Positions 1 through 10,149 of a stretch of DNA of 64,000 nt are shown here, piece by piece. The position numbers were made by a program, and so were the translations under genes. The first letter of the stretch is position 1. Every line of letters starts with the position of its first letter. The DNA is taken from the NCBI GenBank assembly GCA_036229005.1, contig JAZAMN010000052.1, positions 426,565 through 490,564 on the forward strand, in the 5' to 3' direction. The notes beneath the pieces were generated by a model. It saw nothing but the letters and a program-made list of their open reading frames with translations. It was not told where the DNA came from and ran no database searches. Source of the DNA: Myxococcota bacterium (GTDB lineage: Bacteria; Myxococcota_A; UBA796; CAJQPC01).

Positions 1-470
1 GCGGCCTGGCCCGCCAGCTCGTGCTGCTGTTCACGATGGCGGGCGGCGGCGTCGTGATGACGGGCCTGTTCCCCAAGCCGGTGGAGCGCGTCTCAGATGC
101 GCTTCGGCGCCACCCCTTCCGCTACTTTGGGTGGGGCCTGCTCAGCGCCTTCCTGGCCAGCGTGTTGGGCACCATCCTGGCGGTGACCGTGATCGGAATC
201 CCCGTCGCGATGCTGCTCGGCCTCCTCATGGCGGTGGCCTGGGTGATGGGCTCGGTGGCCATCTGCCAGCTCATCGGTGACTCGCTGCCCTTCCAGGCGA
301 CCCGCGAGAAGCCCTGGGTGGGCTTCCTGGCCGGCGCCGCCCTGCTTGGGGCGCTCAGCCTGCTCCCGGGGGTCGGAAAGGCCGTCCTGACCATCCTGGG
401 GCTGACCGGCATGGGCGCGGCGATCCGGAGCCGCCTGGGCTCCAAGGACATCGTCCCCCCGCTGGACTGA
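1..470 (+). CDS. Multi-pass membrane protein, probably 5'-truncated by the window edge; resembles the hydrophobic C-terminal part of bactofilin/polymer-forming-associated membrane proteins
   Basis: ORF 21..470 has several hydrophobic helices (e.g. TILAVTVIGIPVAMLL); the frame is open to the window start. Confidence 0.55.
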   Translation, partial: GLARQLVLLFTMAGGGVVMTGLFPKPVERVSDALRRHPFRYFGWGLLSAFLASVLGTILAVTVIGIPVAMLLGLLMAVAWVMGSVAICQLIGDSLPFQATREKPWVGFLAGAALLGALSLLPGVGKAVLTILGLTGMGAAIRSRLGSKDIVPPLD

Positions 471-484
471 ACGTAGGAACCGGG

Positions 485-519
485 GCTCCGAGGCCAGCGT
501 TGGTCGCCAGCCTCGGAGC
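485..519. terminator. Inverted repeat between convergent genes, possible bidirectional terminator
   Basis: GCTCCGAGGC (485-494) / GCCTCGGAGC (510-519), a perfect 10-bp stem; no U-tract. Confidence 0.45.
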
Positions 520-527
520 GCCTGACC

Positions 528-3500
528 CTACAGGGTGGTGAGCTGGGACTTGAGGGCCTCGCTCAGAGCCTGAGCGTTGGCGGCGACGTCCGCCAGCGCG
601 GCACCCACGGACTCGTCTGCCTTGGCCTGCGCCAGGTTGTCCTCGCCGGTGGAGGGATCTCCGGCACCGTACGAGGCTGCAGCTTTGGCGAGGTGAAGCA
701 GGGACTCCATGCGCCCATCCTTGTCCTCGACCCCCAGACCGCGGTCCGCGAGGGCGCTTGCCTCCCCCCAGTCCTGACGCCGCAGGGAGAGCTCGGCCAG
801 CCGGGTCAGGGCCTGGACCTGCCCGGGGTCGAAGGTCAGCGACTTCTCGTAGTGCTGGGCCGCCTTGTCCGAGAGCCCCATGTGGGTGTCCAGGACGAAG
901 CCCTTGGTCAGGTAGGCCTCGATGACGTAGCTGGGCTTCTTGGCGTGGTAGATGATGTTGTTGTAGTGGTTCAGGAGCGTCGACCACTCCTCCCGCTCGA
1001 ACAGCACCTGGGCCGCGCCGCGCAGCGCTCGCACGTCGTTGTCGCGCAGCTCCAGCGCCTTGTTGAAGCGCTTCTTGGCCTTCTCGGTCTTGCCCAGCGC
1101 CAGCTCGACCTCACCCAGACAGGTGTAGGCCTCCGCCAGCTCGGCCTTGTCCGCAGAGCCGCCGATGAGCTGCAGCACCTGGCGGTACACGCCCTCGGCC
1201 TTGTCCCACTCCTTGGCCTCCATCCACAGGGGCCCGACGGCCCGCAGGGAGGGCAGGTGGCTGGGGTTCAGCTCCAGCGCGCGCTCCAGCTTCTCCCGGC
1301 CCTCGTCGGCGCGGTCCAGGGAGATCAGCGAGGTCGCGTACTGGAAGTAGAACTGGGCGATCTCCACCTTCTCGTCGAAGTCGTCCAGGTCCCAGGACTC
1401 GGACTTCTTCTCGAGCTCGGCGAAGTACTCGACGGCCTGTGGCAGCTCCTGCTTGCGGTAGGCGTGGTCGGCCAGGTAGCGCAGCGCCTCGTCGTGGGCG
1501 GGCTCCTGCTCCAACACCGCGGCGAAGGTCTGGGCCGCGCCGTCCCGGTTCTGCAGGGTGTCGCGCTGTACCCGAGCCGCGCGCACCAGGGCCTTGACAG
1601 CGTCCTGTTCGTTGGAGGAGGCGGCTGCCTGGCGCTTGAGGGCCTCGACCACACCGTCCCACTCACCTCGGGCGCTCCGGAGCTGCTCGAGCATCCTGGC
1701 GGCGTCGAGGTCAGGCGAATCGCCGGCGCTCGCGGTGTCCAGCAGAGTCAGCGCGCGGTCCTCGTTGCGGAGCTGCTGCAGCCAGACCTTGCCGGCCTTG
1801 CCCAGGAGCACCTTGGATTCGGCGCCCTCACGCTGCGCAGCGAGCTGCTCGGCGTGCATGACGTACTCCGACCAGGCGCCAGCGGACTCCGAGAGGGCCA
1901 GCAGGCGCTCCAGGGCCTCTTGGTGCTCGGGGTCGAGCTCCAGCACCTTGCGCCAGGCGTCACCGGCGACGGCGTCGTCACCGAGCTTGTCCTGCCAGAG
2001 GCGGGCGATGTCCGCGGTGGTGGTGACCTGCTCGGCGCCGGTCTGGAGCGCGGACTCCCGGGCGAGCACGCCGACCATGGCCTGCCAGTCCTCGCTGGCC
2101 TCCGCGACTGCACGCAGACCGGAGAGGGCCTCGGTGTCCTGGGGGTTGTGGTCGAGCGCTGCCATGTAGGCGGCCCGCGCCTCCTCCAGGTTCCCGTTCT
2201 GGGACTGCACCTCGGCGATGCGGCGCTGCACGCGCCCGGCGTCCTCGGCAGAGCTCAGGTTCTGGGAGAGCTGCTCCAGGTACTGGAGGCTGAGGTCGAC
2301 CTCGCCCCGGGCGCCGGCGATGCGGGCCAGAGCCTCCAGGACCTCGGTGTCCTCGGGGTGCTCTTCGTGGAGCTGCCGGTAGAAGTCCCAGGCGGCGTCG
2401 GTCTCGGCCAGCTTCTCGGCCAGGATCCAGCGCTGCTTGGCCAGGGCGGCCTGCTGCTGCTCGGGGTCCTGGAGGAGCGCGGCGCGGGCGCTGAGGGTCT
2501 CGAAGGTCCCCTGCCAGTCCTGAGCGGCCTCCTGAGCGGCCTCGCGGCGGAGCAGCCCGGCGATGTCCTGGGCCTCCTCCAGCACCTCGGCGGAGCGCTG
2601 GCTGTCACCGGCCTCCTCCAGCGAGGCGGCGAGCCCGAGGGTGTCGGCGGGGCTGAGCCCCTCGTAGTGGGCGACCAGTGCGTCCAGGTCCTTTTCCTGC
2701 AGCAGCAGGCGGCGCACGCCCTCGAAGGCCTTGCCGGCCGAGGGGCGCGTGGCGAAGGCGAGTCGGTAGGCCTCGAGCGCCTCCTCGCGCTGACCGAGGC
2801 CCTCGAAGAGGTGGCCGGCGAGCACGCTGTGGACGACCTTGACTGGAGCATCCGCGGCGCTGGTGGCGACCTGCCAGTGGGCCTGCGCCAGCCCCTCTCG
2901 GTTGCCTGCCTTGCGCTCCAGGCGGGCGCAGCCAAAGATGGCGCCCAGGTTCTCCGGGTCCTCCTCCAGGACCTTGCGGTAGCCGGCCAGGGCCTCGGCG
3001 GGGGCCTCCAGGTAGTCCTCCTGGAGGCGCGCGGACTCGTAGGTGTCCTGGGCGGCGTCAGCGGCGCGGTGGGCCTCCTCCCAGTAGTTCAGGCCCTCGC
3101 AGAGGCGCGAGAGGGCCAGCAGCGGCCGCCCCTCCCCCTCGGCGTGGACCAGCTCGCCCACGGTCTGGATGGTGCCCATGGTGTCGCCGGACTCGCGGAG
3201 CTGGTCGGCCAGCGCGACCATCAGGCGGGTGAGCTCCTGGGGGTCGTCGGCGGATGCGACCGCGTTCCGGTACAGGCCTACGAGCGCCCGGCTGTCCCCC
3301 TGGCGGAGGTAGGCCTCCTCCAGGACGGCGAGCGCGGCGGGGTGGCTGGGCTCGGCCTCCAGGATCTGGCGGGCTGCCCAGGTGGGGTCGGCCTCGGGCA
3401 GGTCGTGGGCCAGGGCCGAGGCGCTCAGGTACTGCCAGGCCTTGCGGTCCAGATCGGACTCGCTCTGGGCCTCGGACACCTGGAGCTGGTAGAGCCCGGC

Positions 3501-6098
3501 GAGGTCCTCGACCTTGCCCTTGAGCTCCTTGAGGAAGTAGTGGGCGCCCAAGAAGCCCGGTGAGAGCTCCAGGCAGCGCTCGACGGCCGCGATCGCGGCG
3601 CCGTCGTCCAGGACCTTGTCGGCCAGGATGCGGCCCGCCCGGTAGAAGAAGCTCACCTGCTGGGAGCCCTCCTGGGAGGCCTCTCCCGCGGCCATGAGCA
3701 CGCTCGCGAGGCCGCGCCAGTCTCCGTCCAGCTCCAGCAGGCGCACGATGGCGTCCAGGCTGGGGGAGAAGTCGGGCTTGTGCTCCAGCGCGCGGTGGAA
3801 GAAGCCCTTGGCGCGCTCGAGATCGCCCATGCGCAGCTCGCAGGTCGCGCCAGCCCGATGAAGCTGGAGCGCGATGGCTGCGGGGTCTTCGTTGAGGATT
3901 GCGCGCTGCTCGTAGACGGCGGCGAGCTTCTCCCACTCCTGCAGGCGGGTGTAGACCCGCTCCAGCCCCTCCAGGGCGGGCAGGTAGGCCGGCGCGATGT
4001 CGAGCACAGCCTCGAAGTCCTTGCGGGCGGCCTCCTGGTCCGCCAGTGGGCCCTCCGCGATCTCGCCGCGGCGGTACGCGAGCGTGACCTTGAGGTTGGG
4101 GTCGTCCAGCAGATCGCTGCGCTGCCCCCAGAAGTCCCGGAGCTCCGCGAAGCGCTCCTGCTTGCGCAGGATGCGGGCGACGCCCTCGGCGGCGGGGACC
4201 GCAGACGGGTCCTTGGCCAGCTCCATGTAGATCTCGAGGGCAGCACCTGAGTCCTCCAGGTGCTTCTCCAGGATTCCGGCCAGGCGGAAGCGCGCGCCGG
4301 TCGCGGCGCCGTCCTCGGAGGTGCTGGCCTGGCGCAGGGAGGCCGCCAGGTCCTCGAAGCGGCCCTGCTCGACCAGGAGGGCCTCGTACTCGTGCCGGAC
4401 CTGGGCGCCGCCGCCCAGGGAGAGAGCGAGCTTGTAGGCCTCTTCGGCCTTGTCGCCCTCGAAGAGGCGGCCCCGCAGGATGCGGCCGGCCCGGGTCGCG
4501 AAGAAGGCGCCGTCTGCGCCGCCCACCCGCTCGGCCTCACCCAGGTAGAGCTCGGCGAGCTCGGCCCAGCTCTGGGACTGCTCCAGCCCGCGCTCCAGCG
4601 CGACGAAGGACGGCCCGTGCGCCGGGTCGGCCTCGTGCGAGGCGCGGAAGGCATCCAGCGCCTTGTCGCTCTGGCCCAACTGCTCGGCGAACACGCGCCC
4701 TCGCTCGTACTGCAGGCGTGCGGCGAGCACACCGGAGCTCAAGCCGGCCATCTGGGCGAGGGTGTCGACGATGCCTTCCCAGTCGCCGCCCACGAGCTGC
4801 ACATCGCGCAGGAGCTGGAGGGAGAAGAAGTCGCTGGGGTTGCGCGCGACCGAGGCCACCAGCAGCCGGGCGGCCTGGTCATCCTGCCCCAGCCGGCGAC
4901 GGGCCAGCAGCGCCGCGTCCTGCAGGATCTCGGCCGCGGCGGCGTCATCCTGCTCGGCGTTCGCGAGGGCCTCCATGGCCTCCCGCAGCGCCTCGAAGCG
5001 CTGGTTGCGGTTCAGAGCCCGCTCCAGCTCCCGCAGAGCGCGCAGGTCCTGACCGTCCTGTGCAACGCCCGCCTGCGCGAGGCGCTCAGCCTCAGCCAGG
5101 TCTGCGATGCGCGTACGGGCGATTCGGGCGGCCTCGGCGTAGAGCCCGGCAGCGTCGGAGCCCTCCGATGCGGCGGCCTCGGCCTCCAAGGTCCGCACCA
5201 TCGCGCGCCAGCGCTCGCCGTCGTCGGCGGAGGGCTCGTAGGACACATGCGGGGTGGCCGGCATGTGCTGGTCGACGCTGGACTCCTCCAGGGGCGGACC
5301 ATCCATCGTGTCCAGCTTCTGCCCCAGAGGGACCGCCTCGGTGGGCTGATCCTCGTCCTCGGGTTCGCTCGCGATCGGGTCCTCGGGGAGGGCCTCCATG
5401 GTGGCCTCACCCGTCTCCTCGACCTGCGCTGCGATCGGCATGCTGATCCGGGGCGCCTGCGCGTCCGCAGCGGCCTGCGCGGCGGCGGCCTCCTGGCGGG
5501 CTGCCTCGGCGGCCAGACGGGTCTCCTCTTCCAGGCGCTCGTGCTCAGCGCGGGCAGCCTCCGCGGCGGCCCGCTCCTGGACCAGGCGGCGCTCCTCCGC
5601 CTCAGCAGCCTCCAGCTCCGCCGCCTCCCGCTCTGCGGCGAGGCGGGCGGCCTCGGCGGCCTCAGCCGCCAGACGCTCGGCCTCAGCAGCTTCAGCAGCC
5701 TCTGCAGCGGCCTTCTCCTCGGCCGCCACGCGCTCCGCCTCAGCAGCCTCAGCGGCGGCCTTCTCCTCGGCCGCCACGCGCTCCGCCTCGGCAGCCTCAG
5801 CGGCGGCCTTCTCCTCAGCCTCCTTCGCGGCAGCCTCGGCGGCGGCCTTCTCCTCGGCCTCCTTCGCGGCAGCCTCGGCAGCGGCCTTCTCCTCGGCCTC
5901 CTTCGCGGCAGCTTCGGCAGCGGCCTTCTCCTCGGCCTCCTTCGCGGCAGCCTCGGCGGCGGCCTTCTCAGCAGCCGCCTTGGCAGCGGCCTCCTCGGCC
6001 TGCTTGGCCTCCTCTTCCCAGGAGAGCTCGCCGGCCTCCCCCTGCGAGAAGAAGTCTGCCTCCCAGTCCTCGAACCCGTCGTTCTTCTTACCGCTCAC
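528..6098 (-). CDS. Giant tetratricopeptide-repeat protein (~1856 aa), AgmK-like
   Basis: Many TPR-like units (e.g. ARKDFEAVLDIAPAYLPALEGLERVY, AKKRFNKALELRDNDVRALRG); GTG start at 6098 preceded by GGAG; the ORF-track extension to 6395 overlaps alr and is rejected. Confidence 0.8.
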   Translation of the reverse strand: MSGKKNDGFEDWEADFFSQGEAGELSWEEEAKQAEEAAAKAAAEKAAAEAAAKEAEEKAAAEAAAKEAEEKAAAEAAAKEAEEKAAAEAAAKEAEEKAAAEAAEAERVAAEEKAAAEAAEAERVAAEEKAAAEAAEAAEAERLAAEAAEAARLAAEREAAELEAAEAEERRLVQERAAAEAARAEHERLEEETRLAAEAARQEAAAAQAAADAQAPRISMPIAAQVEETGEATMEALPEDPIASEPEDEDQPTEAVPLGQKLDTMDGPPLEESSVDQHMPATPHVSYEPSADDGERWRAMVRTLEAEAAASEGSDAAGLYAEAARIARTRIADLAEAERLAQAGVAQDGQDLRALRELERALNRNQRFEALREAMEALANAEQDDAAAAEILQDAALLARRRLGQDDQAARLLVASVARNPSDFFSLQLLRDVQLVGGDWEGIVDTLAQMAGLSSGVLAARLQYERGRVFAEQLGQSDKALDAFRASHEADPAHGPSFVALERGLEQSQSWAELAELYLGEAERVGGADGAFFATRAGRILRGRLFEGDKAEEAYKLALSLGGGAQVRHEYEALLVEQGRFEDLAASLRQASTSEDGAATGARFRLAGILEKHLEDSGAALEIYMELAKDPSAVPAAEGVARILRKQERFAELRDFWGQRSDLLDDPNLKVTLAYRRGEIAEGPLADQEAARKDFEAVLDIAPAYLPALEGLERVYTRLQEWEKLAAVYEQRAILNEDPAAIALQLHRAGATCELRMGDLERAKGFFHRALEHKPDFSPSLDAIVRLLELDGDWRGLASVLMAAGEASQEGSQQVSFFYRAGRILADKVLDDGAAIAAVERCLELSPGFLGAHYFLKELKGKVEDLAGLYQLQVSEAQSESDLDRKAWQYLSASALAHDLPEADPTWAARQILEAEPSHPAALAVLEEAYLRQGDSRALVGLYRNAVASADDPQELTRLMVALADQLRESGDTMGTIQTVGELVHAEGEGRPLLALSRLCEGLNYWEEAHRAADAAQDTYESARLQEDYLEAPAEALAGYRKVLEEDPENLGAIFGCARLERKAGNREGLAQAHWQVATSAADAPVKVVHSVLAGHLFEGLGQREEALEAYRLAFATRPSAGKAFEGVRRLLLQEKDLDALVAHYEGLSPADTLGLAASLEEAGDSQRSAEVLEEAQDIAGLLRREAAQEAAQDWQGTFETLSARAALLQDPEQQQAALAKQRWILAEKLAETDAAWDFYRQLHEEHPEDTEVLEALARIAGARGEVDLSLQYLEQLSQNLSSAEDAGRVQRRIAEVQSQNGNLEEARAAYMAALDHNPQDTEALSGLRAVAEASEDWQAMVGVLARESALQTGAEQVTTTADIARLWQDKLGDDAVAGDAWRKVLELDPEHQEALERLLALSESAGAWSEYVMHAEQLAAQREGAESKVLLGKAGKVWLQQLRNEDRALTLLDTASAGDSPDLDAARMLEQLRSARGEWDGVVEALKRQAAASSNEQDAVKALVRAARVQRDTLQNRDGAAQTFAAVLEQEPAHDEALRYLADHAYRKQELPQAVEYFAELEKKSESWDLDDFDEKVEIAQFYFQYATSLISLDRADEGREKLERALELNPSHLPSLRAVGPLWMEAKEWDKAEGVYRQVLQLIGGSADKAELAEAYTCLGEVELALGKTEKAKKRFNKALELRDNDVRALRGAAQVLFEREEWSTLLNHYNNIIYHAKKPSYVIEAYLTKGFVLDTHMGLSDKAAQHYEKSLTFDPGQVQALTRLAELSLRRQDWGEASALADRGLGVEDKDGRMESLLHLAKAAASYGAGDPSTGEDNLAQAKADESVGAALADVAANAQALSEALKSQLTTL
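5712..5963 (-). repeat. Coding tandem repeats: 4 x 39 bp (AAAEAAAKEAEEK) plus 2 x 48 bp (AAAEAAEAERVAAEEK)
   Basis: Visible in both the DNA and the translation of the TPR gene N-terminus. Confidence 0.9.
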
Positions 6099-6223
6099 GT
6101 GCGCTCCGAACAGAGGTGGGCCACGCCGAAGGCGCAGACCTGAATGTGCCATTGGGCGAAAGTCGTACCACCCACGCGGCCCCGATTCAACCGCCCCCCG
6201 CGCCCGCGGTCGGGGCGCGGCCT

Positions 6224-7333
6224 TCAAGCGCCGACGTGCCGCCGCGGGACCCGCTCCGAGAAGCTCGTCAGGATCTCGTAGACGATGGTCCCAGCGTGCG
6301 CCGCAAGCTCCTCTGCGGGCATCGCAGCGCCCATCAACTCCACCCGGTCTCCAGGCCGCACGACCTGGGGCAGATCCGTGACATCCACCATGCACAGATC
6401 CATGCAGATCGTGCCCCGGATCGGGCAGCGTGCGCCGTGGAGGACCACCTCGGCCTTGTTGCTCAGCCCGCGCATGTAGCCGTCCGCGTAGCCCACCGGG
6501 AGCGTGGCCAGCCGGGTCGGCCGCTCGCTCACCCAGCGCCGGCCATAGGACACCCCGTAGTTGGCCGGGATGTCCTTCACGAACAGCACCCGGGTGCTGA
6601 CCTCCATCACGGGCGAGAGCCCCTGGATCCCGGGCGCGGGCTGGTGGCCATAGAGCGCGATCCCCGGGCGGATCATCCCCAAGGCCAGCTCCGGGTGGAG
6701 CAGGGCTGCTGCCGAGTTCGCGGCGTGCACCACCTGGGGGTTCCAGGCGCGCTGCCGGGCCTGGTCCAGCGCGTCCTGAAAGCGCCGGGCCTGCTCCATG
6801 GTGAACGTGCTGTCGCTATCCGCGGACGAGAAGTGGGTCGTGATCCCCTGCACATCCAGCCACTCGAAGTCCGCGAGGCGGTCCAGGAACACCGGCCAGT
6901 GCCCCGAGACCACGCCGAGGCGCCCCATCCCGGTGTCGACCTTGAGGTGGACCGGGACAGGGTGACCTCGCTTGCGGGCTGCGGCGTTGAGGAGCGCGGC
7001 GGACTCCAGATCGAAGAGGTTGGGGGTCAGGTTCCAGCGCAGCGCGGCCTCTGCTCCATCCTCCCTCCCCCCGATCCCGGAGAAGCAGAGCACCGGGGCC
7101 TTCACCCCGCCCTCCCGCAGCGCGACGCCCTCTTCGACCAGAGCGACCCCGAAGGCATCGGCCCCCTCGGCCTCCAACGCCTTGGCGCAGGCCAGCGCTC
7201 CGTGCCCGTACGCGTCCCCCTTCACCGGACACAGAATCCGGGTGCTCCCAGGCATCTTGGCCCGCATCAGGCGGTAGTTGGCGACCAGGCGATCCAGGTG
7301 CACGTGGACCGTTGTGGGGCGGATCTGCGGCAT
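6224..7333 (-). CDS. alr: Alanine racemase
   Basis: [12 protein letters not shown]-lysine motif, [33 protein letters not shown]. Confidence 0.95.
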   Translation of the reverse strand: MPQIRPTTVHVHLDRLVANYRLMRAKMPGSTRILCPVKGDAYGHGALACAKALEAEGADAFGVALVEEGVALREGGVKAPVLCFSGIGGREDGAEAALRWNLTPNLFDLESAALLNAAARKRGHPVPVHLKVDTGMGRLGVVSGHWPVFLDRLADFEWLDVQGITTHFSSADSDSTFTMEQARRFQDALDQARQRAWNPQVVHAANSAAALLHPELALGMIRPGIALYGHQPAPGIQGLSPVMEVSTRVLFVKDIPANYGVSYGRRWVSERPTRLATLPVGYADGYMRGLSNKAEVVLHGARCPIRGTICMDLCMVDVTDLPQVVRPGDRVELMGAAMPAEELAAHAGTIVYEILTSFSERVPRRHVGA

Positions 7334-7401
7334 GCGCTGGCCATATCCCGCTGACCCGCAGCCGGGCCGGTTATGGCATCTGTCCACTGCTGGGAGACAA
7401 G

Positions 7402-8334
7402 ATGCGTGTACTGGTGACTGGCGGCGCGGGCTTTCTGGGGTCCCACCTCTGCGAGCGCTTGATCAAGGACGGCCACGAGGTCATCGCCCTGGACAGCCTC
7501 ATCACGGGCAACCGGGACAACCTGGCGCACCTTGCCGACAACCCCCGCTTCTCGTTCGTCGAGGCCGACTCCTCCAAGGAGATCCCCGTTCCGGGCAAGC
7601 TGGACCGTATCTACCACCTGGCCTCCCCGGCCTCGCCCATCGACTACGTCCAGATCCCCTTCATCACGCTGTTCTGCGGCTCCGACGGCACCCGCAACTG
7701 CCTGGAGCGCGCGGAGGCCGACGGCGCCCGCTTCTTCCTGGCCTCCACGTCCGAGGTCTACGGCGACCCCGCGGTGCACCCCCAGGTCGAGAGCTACTGG
7801 GGCAACGTGAACCCCATCGGCCCCCGCTCGGTCTACGACGAGGCCAAGCGCTACGCCGAGGCGCTCACCATGGCCTTCCACCGCTACAAGGGCGTGGAGA
7901 CCCGCATTGTCCGGATCTTCAACACCTACGGCCCCCGCATGCGGGTGGACGACGGCCGCGTGATTCCCGCGTTCATGTCCCAGGCCATCCGCGGCGAGCC
8001 CCTGACCGTGTTCGGCGAGGGCACCCAGACCCGCAGCTTCTGCTACGTCGACGACCTGATCGAGGGCTTCGTGCGCCTGATGGAGTCCGACCTGGCCGAG
8101 CCCTGCAACATCGGCAACCCCAGCGAGCGGGACATGCTCCAGCTCGCCTCCTACCTCAACGAGCTCGCGGGCAACTCCGCCGGCATCATCCACAAGCCCC
8201 TGCCCAAGGATGACCCGACCCGCCGCAAGCCCGACATCTCCCGGGCCCAGGCCGAGCTCGGCTGGGAGCCCCAGGTGTCTTTCGAGGAGGGGATGAAGCG
8301 CACCCTGGACTGGTTCCGCACCGTCGTCGACTGA
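7402..8334 (+). CDS. UDP-glucuronic acid decarboxylase (UDP-xylose synthase) family SDR
   Basis: [61 protein letters not shown] at 7402 after GGAG. Confidence 0.92.
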   Translation: MRVLVTGGAGFLGSHLCERLIKDGHEVIALDSLITGNRDNLAHLADNPRFSFVEADSSKEIPVPGKLDRIYHLASPASPIDYVQIPFITLFCGSDGTRNCLERAEADGARFFLASTSEVYGDPAVHPQVESYWGNVNPIGPRSVYDEAKRYAEALTMAFHRYKGVETRIVRIFNTYGPRMRVDDGRVIPAFMSQAIRGEPLTVFGEGTQTRSFCYVDDLIEGFVRLMESDLAEPCNIGNPSERDMLQLASYLNELAGNSAGIIHKPLPKDDPTRRKPDISRAQAELGWEPQVSFEEGMKRTLDWFRTVVD

Positions 8335-8393
8335 CGGCCCCCGCGCACCTCTGCGATCCGGGCACCAGCGAGGTCACCCGGGCGCTAACCGCC

Positions 8394-9863
8394 TCAGAAC
8401 TTGAAGCCCAGGCCCGCGGTCAGCCGCGTGGTGGTCGTCACGTGGGTGCGGGCCTCGGGGGTGTTCTCCATCATCTCCGCGCTCTCCCGGTAGGGGTCGG
8501 CCCCCAGGATGAACGCGGTGTAGGGCAGCTCCACGAAGAGCGCGAGCTGCGGGGTCACGTCCAGCGCGAGTCCCAGTCCAGCGCCGATGCCCAGGGGCTG
8601 CATCGCGGGTCGCCCGGGCTGGTAGCTGACCTTGGCCGTGTCCTGGAGGATGTAGGCGTCGTAGAAGCGCATGTTGGCGTGGGCCAGCAGGTAGGGCTTC
8701 ACCACACCGACGGGGCGGGGGAAGAAGCGCAGGCGCGGCTCGACCAGGGCCAACGCTGCGGCCGCGGGGGCCCGGACATCGGTCTCCTCGTCGGCGAAGC
8801 CGTCCTCGTCCACCAGCTCCCAGCCGGTGGTGAGCTGCTTCTCGGAGTACTGGATGGCCACCAGGGCGCCCAGGTCCCAGCGCGGCGAGAGGCTGGCGTA
8901 GAGGTGGGCGCTCCCCTGCCCTCGCCGGCCGCCCGTGAGCACGTCCTCCTCGTAGCGGTCCAGCTCGATGAAGTCGTCGTCGCTGTCCTGCTGCAGGACC
9001 AGGCGCAGGGTCACGCTGCGGTCCACGGAGCCGAAGGCCCCACCGCCGCCGAACTCCAGGCCGACGGTCTCGGTGCGCACCCGGTTGACCCGCAGCCAGG
9101 CGTCGGGGTCGTCCATTCCGCTGGCCAGGTAGCGCTCGTAGAGGGCCTTGGAGATCCCCATCTCCTTGCGCTCGGCCTCGTCCCAGGGATCGGCGTCGGT
9201 GCCCGAGGGCAGGCTGGTGTGGCCACCTGCAGGCGCCTCATCGCCGCCCTGTGGCGGGGTGTCCTCGGGAGGGTCCCCCGGTCCATCCTGGGGTGCGTCG
9301 GCCGGCTCCGTGGGTTCGGTGGGGGCGACAGGCCCGGTGGGCTCGAAGCCGACCTGGGCCTCCAGCAGCGCGGCGGCGAGATCCGCCATGTCGGCGGTGA
9401 AGCCGAACTCGGCCCCGCCAAAGACCGTCTCGTTCACGATCTTGATCGGGGTGGCCTTGTCCGGCGTGTAGAAGGACACGGTCACGTCCAGGCCAGCGTC
9501 GGTGGTCTCCACCTGGCCCACGACGGCCAGAGGCACCGGGTAGGCGCTCCAGAGGTTGCCGGGGCAGGCCTCGTTGTCCGCGCAGTCCACGGCGGCCTCG
9601 CCGGCAGAGACGGAGAGCTCCGCGCCGTCGATGGGGTCCATGCCGCGGGCCTCCAGGTCCTGGAGGAGCTGGTCGTAGAGCATGAACGCGATGCTGATGT
9701 CGGAGACGCTCACCGCGGTGAACTCCGGGACCAGCAGCGCGCCACCGGACCCCGCGGGCGCCTCCGATGGCGCCTCCGGGGCGGTCTGTGCAGCCGGCGC
9801 GGGATCCTGAGCGGGATCCTGCGCCTGGGCCGATGTGTGAAGCAGCACTGCCAACGCCAGCAT
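8394..9863 (-). CDS. Secreted hypothetical protein: N-terminal alpha/beta domain, Pro-rich linker, probable C-terminal outer-membrane beta-barrel
   Basis: Signal-like MLALAVLLHTSAQA; amphipathic strands; ends in ...AGLGFKF (terminal Phe). Confidence 0.6.
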   Translation of the reverse strand: MLALAVLLHTSAQAQDPAQDPAPAAQTAPEAPSEAPAGSGGALLVPEFTAVSVSDISIAFMLYDQLLQDLEARGMDPIDGAELSVSAGEAAVDCADNEACPGNLWSAYPVPLAVVGQVETTDAGLDVTVSFYTPDKATPIKIVNETVFGGAEFGFTADMADLAAALLEAQVGFEPTGPVAPTEPTEPADAPQDGPGDPPEDTPPQGGDEAPAGGHTSLPSGTDADPWDEAERKEMGISKALYERYLASGMDDPDAWLRVNRVRTETVGLEFGGGGAFGSVDRSVTLRLVLQQDSDDDFIELDRYEEDVLTGGRRGQGSAHLYASLSPRWDLGALVAIQYSEKQLTTGWELVDEDGFADEETDVRAPAAAALALVEPRLRFFPRPVGVVKPYLLAHANMRFYDAYILQDTAKVSYQPGRPAMQPLGIGAGLGLALDVTPQLALFVELPYTAFILGADPYRESAEMMENTPEARTHVTTTTRLTAGLGFKF

Positions 9864-9972
9864 GGGGCCTCCGAGCCCAGGCCGATAACCCCCCGTGGCT
9901 GCTCCACAAAGCCCCGATCCCTCCACGACTGCCCTTGACGCTCTCCGCACAGGGGTTAGCTGGGCGTCGCCT

Positions 9973-10048
<76 letters not shown>

Positions 10049-10050
10049 TC

Positions 10051-10080
10051 AAACGCCGTCAGGTCCCCCTGGCGGCGTTT
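10051..10080 (+). terminator. Rho-independent terminator-like hairpin after the tRNA
   Basis: AAACGCCGTCAGG-TCCC-CCTGGCGGCGTTT, 13-bp stem with one G-U pair. Confidence 0.75.
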
Positions 10081-10149
10081 GTGCTCTGCCTCCCCCTCCA
10101 GCCTCGCCCGCGCCTTGCGGGCGCCCCAATCAGCAGGCACCTTCTGCCC

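Noticed and set aside
5712..5963. Tandem repeats as a CRISPR array
   Set aside because: The units are in-frame coding repeats with no unique spacers, and there are no cas genes.
693..6143. Long plus-strand ORFs (693..3563, 4260..6143) and similar ones such as 14834..17116, 19721..21451, 38788..41211 and 51968..54073
   Set aside because: They are antisense shadows of real genes, caused by high GC3 codon bias, and have no recognisable motifs.
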